Part shown: one piece after another, positions 10,234 through 18,037 of the stretch
Numbering within the stretch: the first letter of the stretch is position 1
How the letters are laid out: each line of letters starts with the position of its first letter
Source of the DNA: Planctomycetota bacterium
GTDB lineage: Bacteria; Planctomycetota; B15-G4
Length of the DNA: 64,000 nucleotides
Reading direction: 5' to 3'
NCBI GenBank assembly: GCA_965248575.1
Contig: CBDFJQ010000002.1
Span: 5,152,001 to 5,216,000 of the forward strand
Translations under genes and position numbers: made by a program
Notes under the pieces: generated by a model
Seen by the model: the letters and a program-made list of their open reading frames with translations, nothing else
Told to the model about the DNA's origin: nothing
Databases searched by the model: none

Positions 10234-12318
10234 ATGCCGGACGCTTCCGACGACTCCCAGATTCCGTCCCCCCGCGATTCCGATACTGGAAACGCTGCGG
10301 AGACAGCACCGAAGACCTCCCACGCCGGGGCCGAGGCTCAGGATCCGCTGAAGCCTGATCCTGCCCCGAGCCCGGAGGCGGCTCAACCGGGGGCGGAAGA
10401 ACCGCAGACAGCTGAGCCGGTGTCGAGCCAAGAGAGCTCCAGCGAATCGGCGACTGCTCAGCCGGCCGCGGCGGGAACGGAAGCGGGAGGTTCCCAGGCG
10501 GATCCGCTGGATGCACCCACTGCTCGGGAGCCCCTCATGCCCCCTCACGCCGCGGGAGCATGGGATGGCGCGGCGGAAAGAGCGCAGTCTGCGACAGCAG
10601 GATCCGATGGCCCTGGATCGGCCGCAGTGGACGCCCCGAATTCCCTGGCCGGTGTCCAGCCGCCCCCTCTCGAAACGCCTGCCTCCGAGCAACAAAAGCT
10701 GCTCGACCCCGGTCCCAAGCTGGGGGCTTGGATGAAGGCAGGAACCAAGAAGGCCAAGCAGGCCAAGGGGGACAAGGGGGAGAAGAAGCCTCCTGTGCCA
10801 AAGGGGGGCCGACGTCGCGCCGTCATCCTGCTCGGGCTCCTCCTGGTTTCAGCCGGCGGCCTCATGATCATCGACCTCGACCAGGTCATGAGCATGGTCG
10901 GCATGGGGGCCGACCTCGGTCCGACCAAGAAGTCGAAGAAGAAGGGCGGCAAGAAGGGCAACGAGCTGGTTTCGGCCGAGAAGCTCTCGGAGAAGACGGC
11001 TTCCGCTTCCACCAGGTCTCCCGTGTCGGCCTTGGCAGAGCTCGAAGCACGATCGCGCTTGCTGCTCGCTGATCACCAGCGGGCCTGGCAATTGGGCGAC
11101 TTGGAGGCTTCGGAGAATGCCTTGTCCGAGCTGAGGGCCGTCAGCACCGAGGAGACTGGCCAGGATCTCCTGGCGCGTGCGCTCGCAGACCGCTTGCTTT
11201 CGGCCTGGAACGCCAAGGACTCCCGGGAAGCAGCGCGTCTCGTGGAAGAATTGCGGGAGCTGGCCGAAGGGGAAGCCAGTCTGGCCGGAACGATCGATGT
11301 CGTGGCCGAGGCGCTCGCCATGCATCACACCTTCCTCCTGCGAGAAGTCTCCGCAGGGCAGGGTTCCACGGCGCAGGGCATGCTCGAGGATTCCTACGCA
11401 CTGCTCGATGAGCTGGACTTGCTGATCATCAGGCCGGGAGCAGGGGAGGCTCGCATGGAGGCGTATGCGTCTGCGCTCTACAACGCACATGCTCATGCCA
11501 GCCAATCTGAAGACACCCTGCGCGCCGTCTCGCTGATCGGTGGCCTGCGGCGTCTCACAGCGGATCAACAGGATCGATCCGTGGTGCTCCCATTCTTTGC
11601 GAAGGCGCTCTTCAATGAGCACAGGACAGCCTGCAGTGCGTTGGCCTTGTCGTCGGCAGAAGCGCTGATGGGGGAACTGTATGGCCTGACGGACATGCGC
11701 TGGGCGGATGAGTCCGAGAAGGCACGACTGGCGCAGGCCCTGTTCAACGGCCATTGGGCATCACGCCAGGTTGGAGATGTCAGCCAGTCGGCGTACTACC
11801 TGAACGAGCTGCGGACCCTGCATGAGCACCCCGCGGGCACCAGCGGTCAGCGGCTTGAGTTGGCACGGGCCCTGTTCAACGCCCATCAGGATGCGGCACA
11901 TCGTGGCGATGAGCTGCTCGGCACGGCACTCCTGGATGAACTCCGCGCGCTGTGCTCGTCGGGGCAGGCGACGGAAACCCAGCGCCATCAGTTGGCGAAG
12001 GCTCTCTACGATGCCAGCCGTTCAGCGCACGGGTGGGGGCGCGATGAGCAGAGCGGTGCGCTGCTCGACGAGCTGCGCGATCTAGCGCAGCGCCAAGAGG
12101 CCACGGATGACCAACGGTTGCAGCTCGCCAACGGGCTCTACAATGCCCACACGGTGGCAGCGGCTGTGGGTATGACGGACCTCGCCGGGCAGTTGCTCGA
12201 AGAACTTCGCGAGCTTGCGGCCATGGCGGATGCACGCCACCCGCTCCGACTCTTCCTCAACAGCAGCCTCTTGGACTCTCGGGATTCGGAGAGCGAAACG
12301 CAGGCGGCGCGCGACTGA
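10234..12318 (+). CDS. Single-pass membrane protein with acidic disordered N-terminus and 44-aa alpha-helical repeats
   Basis: Pro/Ala/Glu-rich N-terminus, Lys-rich patch, TM (AVILLGLLLVSAGGLMII), then repeats LAxALFNAH..LLDELRxL. Confidence 0.75.
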   Translation: MPDASDDSQIPSPRDSDTGNAAETAPKTSHAGAEAQDPLKPDPAPSPEAAQPGAEEPQTAEPVSSQESSSESATAQPAAAGTEAGGSQADPLDAPTAREPLMPPHAAGAWDGAAERAQSATAGSDGPGSAAVDAPNSLAGVQPPPLETPASEQQKLLDPGPKLGAWMKAGTKKAKQAKGDKGEKKPPVPKGGRRRAVILLGLLLVSAGGLMIIDLDQVMSMVGMGADLGPTKKSKKKGGKKGNELVSAEKLSEKTASASTRSPVSALAELEARSRLLLADHQRAWQLGDLEASENALSELRAVSTEETGQDLLARALADRLLSAWNAKDSREAARLVEELRELAEGEASLAGTIDVVAEALAMHHTFLLREVSAGQGSTAQGMLEDSYALLDELDLLIIRPGAGEARMEAYASALYNAHAHASQSEDTLRAVSLIGGLRRLTADQQDRSVVLPFFAKALFNEHRTACSALALSSAEALMGELYGLTDMRWADESEKARLAQALFNGHWASRQVGDVSQSAYYLNELRTLHEHPAGTSGQRLELARALFNAHQDAAHRGDELLGTALLDELRALCSSGQATETQRHQLAKALYDASRSAHGWGRDEQSGALLDELRDLAQRQEATDDQRLQLANGLYNAHTVAAAVGMTDLAGQLLEELRELAAMADARHPLRLFLNSSLLDSRDSESETQAARD
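11464..12255 (+). repeat. Six in-frame repeats with 132-bp (44-aa) period
   Basis: Unit starts at 11464, 11596, 11728, 11860, 11992, 12124 (YASALYNAH, FAKALFNEH, LAQALFNGH, LARALFNAH, LAKALYDAS, LANGLYNAH). Confidence 0.85.
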
Positions 12319-12657
12319 CGCGCTGGGTCAAGCAGGGTGCGCTTGAAGGGGGCCCTGGGGATGCGGGGAGTCGAACCGGGGGATCGACGGTCTTTCCAGC
12401 CGGACATCGCAGGCCGCAGAGCATGAAAACAGCGCTCTTGATGCACTCCTATGCATGGTTTTGCATGCGTCGGTTCATGCATACAGGGCCTGAATTCGAG
12501 GGCCCAGGAGCCCCTCGCTCTCAGGGAACAAGATTCTCTAGAGAAGATTCAATGCCACGACACCTTTCAGCCGAAGTGAGTGTCCGGACAACAACTCACG
12601 ACCCGTGAAAGCGGCCGACGTAGGCAGCAAGGCGGGCTCGAAGCAAAGGTATCTCAA

Positions 12658-13107
12658 ATGATTAAACCGATGGTCATCAAGAAGGATGGCATCCACGGTT
12701 TCACGCTCGTCGAGCTTGCCGTCGTGGTCGTCATCATTGGCGTGCTGGCAGCGTTTGCCGTTCCGCGCTTTCTCAGCTCTGTTGAACGCTCGAAGGCTGC
12801 TGAGTCATTCAACTACCTCGCTACGGTGCACGCCGCCATGGAGCGCTACCACGCTCGCCAGGGCACGTACGCCACCAGCATCGGCTCGCTCGACACCGAG
12901 CTGGGCTCGCTGGAGTACTTCAGCGTGGGCAGCGTTGCTGTGCCCTCGACGGAGTCTTCGCTGGAGACTGGGTGGGAGCTGACGCTGACTCGTACGGGTG
13001 CCAGTGCTGGTTACGGTGCCTACACCGTGGTGTTCAACCACAACGGTTTTGACACCACCACGAGCACGATCTCCTCCGAGATCAGCCCGCTGCAAACCAG
13101 CAGCTGA
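12658..13107 (+). CDS. Type IV pilin, probable major subunit
   Basis: AAAGGT before ATG 12658. Class III signal MIKPMVIKKDGIHG/FTLVELAVVVVIIGVLAAFAVP (G-1, F1, E5, P22). First gene of the locus, followed by a strong hairpin. Confidence 0.9.
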   Translation: MIKPMVIKKDGIHGFTLVELAVVVVIIGVLAAFAVPRFLSSVERSKAAESFNYLATVHAAMERYHARQGTYATSIGSLDTELGSLEYFSVGSVAVPSTESSLETGWELTLTRTGASAGYGAYTVVFNHNGFDTTTSTISSEISPLQTSS

Positions 13108-13122
13108 TCCTGTTGGAATGAT

Positions 13123-13163
13123 GACAGCCCCCGTCCGGCCGATCTGGCCTGACGGGGGCTGTT
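13123..13163 (+). terminator. Strong stem-loop after the pilin gene (terminator/attenuator or mRNA stabiliser)
   Basis: GACAGCCCCCGTC (13123-13135) pairs with GACGGGGGCTGTT (13151-13163), with an inner GGCC/GGCC stem. Only a weak U-tract follows. Confidence 0.7.
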
Positions 13164-13193
13164 CGCGTCTCACCAAGACTGGGAGTCAGACCG

Positions 13194-14645
13194 ATGGCCG
13201 TTGGCAAGGCCCTTCGACTCAAGACCGCAACGGGTCTCTATCTCACTGATGGAGCCCTGGTCTACACCAAGGTGGCGAAGACCCCATTGGGCATGCGCGA
13301 GGTGGCCACGGAAACGATTCCCCTGGGGGACAGCAGCCTGAGCGAGTGTGTTGCCAAGCTCGTAGAGGAGAAGAAGCTCGCGGGACAGATCGTTTGTGGC
13401 GTCGACCCCAAGCGCTTTTATCTGATCACCCGTGAGCCGCCGACTCTCCAGGATGATGAGGACATGGAGGACGCCATGGCCGGAGGCCTGGCCCACATGC
13501 CCGGCGGGCTCGTCTCCGCCACCACGCCGGTTCGCCTGGCCGGCAAGAGCATGATGACCTTGCTGGCGATGTCCGGTGACGTCGCCCGACAGACCATCCG
13601 CGGGTTGGGCGGCATCAAGGAGAAGCAGCTCTGGATGACCGGGGTCCCTATCGCGCTCTACGCCGCTGCGCGTGCCGACCCCAAACCGTCCAGGAAGTAT
13701 GCGAGCGAGGTGCGCGTGTTCCTGCACGGTTCCGAAGCCATGGCCGTGCTCGCCTACGGCGGCACCCCGGTGGCCCTGCACGTCTTCGACTGCCCGCCGG
13801 ACGGACAGGCGCGTGCCTTGGAGTTTGCCGCACGCAATATGGAAGCCCGCGCCCGAGCCACGCTCGGCTTGAAGGGCCTCGACGTGATCTATCTCCACCT
13901 CGGTCAGGAGAGTGCCGAGTTGGCAAGCCGCACGGCAGACGCCACCGGTGGCCACGTCGTCGCAGCGCCTGAGGTCTCGATGACTCCCCAGGCATCGAGC
14001 GCGGCCCTGGGGGCCTTCGGCCTGTCCAAGAAGCCCAAGGGCTTCTTGAATCTCTTCGAGAAGGTCTTCGAGCCAGCTGGCTTCATGAAGAACTTCCCGC
14101 TGCTGGCCGCGATCATGCTGCTGGCGATCACAGCGGGTGTGGGGTTCGCCTTCGCGCACCAGCGCTCGGGTTTGGAGGTCGAGGCCAAGGCGCTGAAGAA
14201 GAAGGCCAAGGCTGCCTACACCAGCGTCGGCATCAGCAAGGACTCGTTGAAGAAGGCCCATGAAGGACTGAAGGAGGAGTATCGCCTCACGAAGTACTTC
14301 ATCACCGATCGGGCGTTCTGGGGCGACATCCTGAAGGACTTCCCAGACGTGATTCCGCCCACCATGCAGGTCGAGGACTTCCATGGGCGGGATACGGTTC
14401 TCTTCCCCCGCAAGAAGAAGCGCGATGCAAGCGTGACTGCCAAGCTCCGGCAGCTCTCGCTCGCCGCGACGGCTCCCGTGGACGCAGCCATCTCGACGCC
14501 GCCCGAGCTCGACATGCTGACCCAGGCCGTGCGCGAGTGTGACAGCATTCGCCAGCTGTTCCCCCGTATCACCACAGCCAATACGCGTCTCATGCCGGGC
14601 GCAGAGCAGCCCATGACCCGCATTCTGCTGACGGTCTCACCTTGA
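13194..14645 (+). CDS. PilM/PilN fusion (GspL-like architecture)
   Basis: About 300-aa soluble N-domain, one TM (LLAAIMLLAITAGVGFAFA), coiled coil, then PilN-like FWGDILKDFPDVIP segment. Position fits the alignment subcomplex. Confidence 0.6.
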   Translation: MAVGKALRLKTATGLYLTDGALVYTKVAKTPLGMREVATETIPLGDSSLSECVAKLVEEKKLAGQIVCGVDPKRFYLITREPPTLQDDEDMEDAMAGGLAHMPGGLVSATTPVRLAGKSMMTLLAMSGDVARQTIRGLGGIKEKQLWMTGVPIALYAAARADPKPSRKYASEVRVFLHGSEAMAVLAYGGTPVALHVFDCPPDGQARALEFAARNMEARARATLGLKGLDVIYLHLGQESAELASRTADATGGHVVAAPEVSMTPQASSAALGAFGLSKKPKGFLNLFEKVFEPAGFMKNFPLLAAIMLLAITAGVGFAFAHQRSGLEVEAKALKKKAKAAYTSVGISKDSLKKAHEGLKEEYRLTKYFITDRAFWGDILKDFPDVIPPTMQVEDFHGRDTVLFPRKKKRDASVTAKLRQLSLAATAPVDAAISTPPELDMLTQAVRECDSIRQLFPRITTANTRLMPGAEQPMTRILLTVSP

Positions 14646-14655
14646 GGTAACAATC

Positions 14656-15360
14656 GTGGAAACGGGCATCGACAAGAAGCAGATCGAGGCAGCGCGCCAG
14701 TTCTTTCTGGGGCTGTCGAAGGATCGGGTCATGCTCCGCTTCGTGGTCTGCCTGGGGATCCTGGTGGTGGGCTGGTTCGGCGTCGTGAGCCCGCAAGCGG
14801 ATGCCCTGGCGAAAGCTCGGGGGACCCTGGAATCCGTGCGCAAGCAGGATAAGCGTGCCAGCGAGGCCGTCTTCTATACGCACCAGGTCGAGAGCTACGA
14901 GCCCTTCCTGTTCAACAGCACCGAGCCCAGCACTCTGCAGGACTACGTCTCACGCATGGTGACAGCGAGCGGGGCGCACATCCGCGGCATGGTCAACAAG
15001 AAGACGGAGGCCAAGGGCCCTTTCAAGATCATCGAGTTGGAACTCACGGCGTATGGCACGTTCAGCGAACTGGCGGATTTCGTGGATCGCCTGGAGCGCG
15101 GTGACAAGGTAGTGCGCTTGGAGAAGTGTCGGCTCCAGGCCACCAAGACGCAGATCATCCTCGACTGCGTCCTGAACGCACTGGTGCGACCGAAGGGCAA
15201 GGTCGTCGCGGAGGCGGGCGAGCAGGGCGACCCAGATGCGGGGCTGGACGATGAAGCCGTGAAGGAGGCGGGGAGCTTCAGGTCCAGCCAGCCGACGCCC
15301 GGCGACGAGACAACGCCGACGGGCAGCGACACCTCAGTGCAGCAGGGGTCGTCTCCCTGA
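14656..15360 (+). CDS. PilO/GspM-like protein
   Basis: N-terminal TM, coiled coil, ELELTAYGTFSELADFVDRLE (PilO/GspM ferredoxin-like motif). GAGG RBS, GTG start. Confidence 0.75.
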   Translation: METGIDKKQIEAARQFFLGLSKDRVMLRFVVCLGILVVGWFGVVSPQADALAKARGTLESVRKQDKRASEAVFYTHQVESYEPFLFNSTEPSTLQDYVSRMVTASGAHIRGMVNKKTEAKGPFKIIELELTAYGTFSELADFVDRLERGDKVVRLEKCRLQATKTQIILDCVLNALVRPKGKVVAEAGEQGDPDAGLDDEAVKEAGSFRSSQPTPGDETTPTGSDTSVQQGSSP

Positions 15361-16205
15361 TGGACTTCGTCAAGCAACACATCGCCCTGTTGGTGGCAGC
15401 CTTCCTGCTGTGGTTCGGCTATGGCGAGTTGAACTCCGAGCAAGCCGCGGAAGCCAAGAAGAAGAAGCTGGAGGGCATTGGACCCCGCTATCTGGCGGTC
15501 CGGCCGCAGGATCAGGAGCGCCGGGTGCTCGAAGATCCCTACCGATTCACGAGTATCGAGGCGGAACAGCAGCAAGATGCATCAACCGGGGCTGCTTCAT
15601 TGGACGAGGAAGAGGGCATGACTCCCTATGCCTCGAACAGTCCTCATGCCGGTGGTGCCGAGACCGTGGATCCGAGGGGGCCCAACCCCAACGGCGGGGC
15701 GGGGTCCGTGTCCACCCAAGGTGCGGATACATCTGGCGCCGGACTGGGTCGTGCCGTACCGCCGGCGCAAGGCGCGGGGCACGCTGGGAGCGCGCCGGGG
15801 CAGCAAGCTGGTGAGGCTGCCGCGACGAGTGCTCGTCGGCCCGAGATCGTCGGCGCGGAGTCCGGCGAAACCCTGCTGCATGCATCCCGCACCGAGAACG
15901 GGGAAGAGTTGCCTCCCATGTTGGTGCCCATCGACCTCTGGGTGGACGCGCTGCTTGAGACGTCGACCGGAGGCTCCGCACGCATCTGCAATGAGCTCGT
16001 ACGCCTTGGCGAGGAGGTCCCTTTCGTGGACGTGGCCGCTCCCCCAGTCCTGCGATCGGTGTCCGGGATGACGGCCAGCGTGCGCTACCGAGGGAACACC
16101 TACGTGCTGGGGCTGGATGAAGTCCGCTTGACGATCCACCCACCGCTTCCGGACGTCGCGATAGACCAGAGCTGGTACGACGACCTGTTTCCGGAGCTGT
16201 GGTAA
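15360..16205 (+). CDS. Membrane-anchored protein in the PilP/GspC position
   Basis: N-terminal TM, DPY motif, long low-complexity linker, C-terminal ARICNELVRLGEEV beta-domain. TGATG coupling to the upstream gene. Confidence 0.5.
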   Translation: MDFVKQHIALLVAAFLLWFGYGELNSEQAAEAKKKKLEGIGPRYLAVRPQDQERRVLEDPYRFTSIEAEQQQDASTGAASLDEEEGMTPYASNSPHAGGAETVDPRGPNPNGGAGSVSTQGADTSGAGLGRAVPPAQGAGHAGSAPGQQAGEAAATSARRPEIVGAESGETLLHASRTENGEELPPMLVPIDLWVDALLETSTGGSARICNELVRLGEEVPFVDVAAPPVLRSVSGMTASVRYRGNTYVLGLDEVRLTIHPPLPDVAIDQSWYDDLFPELW

Positions 16206-18037
16206 TGAGCCGCTTGATGCACTCAGAGACGCCGCTCATCGTGCGCCTACTTGAAGAGAAGGGGCTGCTGGATGAACGCAAGCTGTCCCTGCTCGGGGCT
16301 GCGCGGAAGCAGTACACCCGCAGCATTGAAGAGGCCTTGATCTTCGGCGAACTCGTCGAGGAGAACGAGATCCTCGAGACCTACGCTGACTACCTGGGCA
16401 TGAGTTGCTTCAGCCTGGACTCGGTCAGCGAACATGAGCGGTACGTGACCCGGCACGAGGTGGGGGAAGAACCCGCTCGTCTGGCGGCCCTGACGGACTT
16501 CAAGGAGAACTGCAAAGCCGTGGCGGAGCAGATCTCGGAAACCGTCTGCCGAAGTACGCGCGTCATGCCGTTGGCCGTGACGGACGACACCGTCGATGTC
16601 GTCTGCGTGGATCCGACCGACTTCGCTGGCCTGGAGGAGGTGCGGGTGCGTTCAGGCCGCATCGTGCGCCCGCATGTCGGATCGTTCAGCCTCGTGAATG
16701 AGTTCATGGCGCTGATGTTCGGTGAGCTGGACGTGCTCAAGGAGATCCGCGCTGAGGATGCTCGCACGTCGACGAGGGCGGGACCCGGAGATGGCGATGA
16801 TGAGGACGACGAGTTGGAGGTCGTGGTGGACCTCCAGCGCGCGATCCCCGCCGGCCGCGAGAGCCAGGTTTTGCGCATCGTCAACGCCATCCTCACCAAC
16901 TCCATCGAGGAAGGGGCCAGCGATATCCACATCGAGCCCTACGAGGATTCGGTCCGGGTGCGCTACCGCGTGGACGGCACCTTGCGCGAGACCACACCGC
17001 CGCCGCGTTCCCTCTTCATCCCGACCATCTCGCGCCTCAAGATCCTGGCCAAGCTGGACATCGCCGAAAAGCGCATCCCTCAGGACGGCGCCATTGCACT
17101 GAAGAGCGGTGAAAAACGGGTCGACCTGCGCGTTTCGACCATCCCCACCGTGTACGGCGAGAAGATGGTGATTCGACTTCTCGAAAAGGAAGCGATTCCC
17201 GATCGTCTGGAGAAGTTGGGCTTCACCACCGAGCAGGCGACGGATTTCGTCGATGCCGCACTCTCCCCGCACGGTCTCATGTTCGTGACCGGGCCGACGG
17301 GTTCAGGCAAGTCCACGACGTTGTACACCTGCCTCAACCTGATCAACGAGACAGCGGACAACATCGTGACGGTCGAGGATCCGGTGGAGTACAAGTTCCA
17401 CGGCCTCAATCAGGTGCAGGTGCGGGCCAAGGTGGGGCTGACGTTTGCCAGCGCCTTGCGCTCCTTCCTGCGACAAGACCCCGACAAGATCATGGTCGGT
17501 GAGGTGCGCGACCAGGAGACAGCCGAGATCTGCATGCGCGCAGCGCTCACTGGTCACCTGGTGCTGTCGACCTTGCACACCAACAACTCCCTGCAGGTGA
17601 TCAACCGCCTCACGGACATGGGCGTGGAGCCCTTCCTGCTCGGGCCCGCCTTGCGCTTGCTCGAGGCACAACGCCTGGGGCGGAAGCTCTGTGTGAGGTG
17701 CAAGGAAGAGTACGAACTGCCCGAAAATGTGGCGCCGCGTTACGGCCTGGAGCCGGGAATGCGGCTGTTCCGCAAGGGGCAGTCGAAGTGCTCCGCCTGC
17801 AAGGACTCTGGGGTGAAGGGCCGGGTCGGCATGTACGAGGTCATCAAGATCAGCGAGAACCTGGGCGAGATGATCGGCTCCGGCGCGGACATCACGGCGC
17901 TCACGAAGGCGGCCAAGTCCGAGGGCGCCAAGTTCCTCGAGGACGCTGCTCGGGAGAAGCTGGCGCAAGGGCTCGTGAGCCTCGATGAGGTCTCCGACTT
18001 CATTCGCATTGAAGAGAAGAAGGTGGTGACGGGATGA
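16205..18037 (+). CDS. PilB/GspE assembly ATPase
   Basis: ASDIHIEP, DIAEKRIPQDG, Walker A GPTGSGKSTT, TVEDPVE, LRQDPDKIMVGEVRD, TGHLVLSTLHTN, Zn-binding CVRC..CSAC. Confidence 0.95.
   Translation: MSRLMHSETPLIVRLLEEKGLLDERKLSLLGAARKQYTRSIEEALIFGELVEENEILETYADYLGMSCFSLDSVSEHERYVTRHEVGEEPARLAALTDFKENCKAVAEQISETVCRSTRVMPLAVTDDTVDVVCVDPTDFAGLEEVRVRSGRIVRPHVGSFSLVNEFMALMFGELDVLKEIRAEDARTSTRAGPGDGDDEDDELEVVVDLQRAIPAGRESQVLRIVNAILTNSIEEGASDIHIEPYEDSVRVRYRVDGTLRETTPPPRSLFIPTISRLKILAKLDIAEKRIPQDGAIALKSGEKRVDLRVSTIPTVYGEKMVIRLLEKEAIPDRLEKLGFTTEQATDFVDAALSPHGLMFVTGPTGSGKSTTLYTCLNLINETADNIVTVEDPVEYKFHGLNQVQVRAKVGLTFASALRSFLRQDPDKIMVGEVRDQETAEICMRAALTGHLVLSTLHTNNSLQVINRLTDMGVEPFLLGPALRLLEAQRLGRKLCVRCKEEYELPENVAPRYGLEPGMRLFRKGQSKCSACKDSGVKGRVGMYEVIKISENLGEMIGSGADITALTKAAKSEGAKFLEDAAREKLAQGLVSLDEVSDFIRIEEKKVVTG

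Noticed and set aside
12356..12379. Minus-strand GGTTCGACTCCCCGCATCCCCA resembling a tRNA/tmRNA 3' end (possible att remnant before the pilus locus)
   Set aside because: The T-stem has two C-C mismatches, there is no matching 5' half or CCA after the discriminator, and no integrase or second copy is seen in the window.
12451..12470. Possible sigma54 promoter for the pilin (TTGCA at 12461)
   Set aside because: No GG at the required position 12 bp upstream of the GC.
12580..12657. Longer pilin N-terminus given in the ORF track
   Set aside because: ATG 12658 has an SD-like AAAGGT and gives a normal 14-aa leader; the upstream part looks like UTR.
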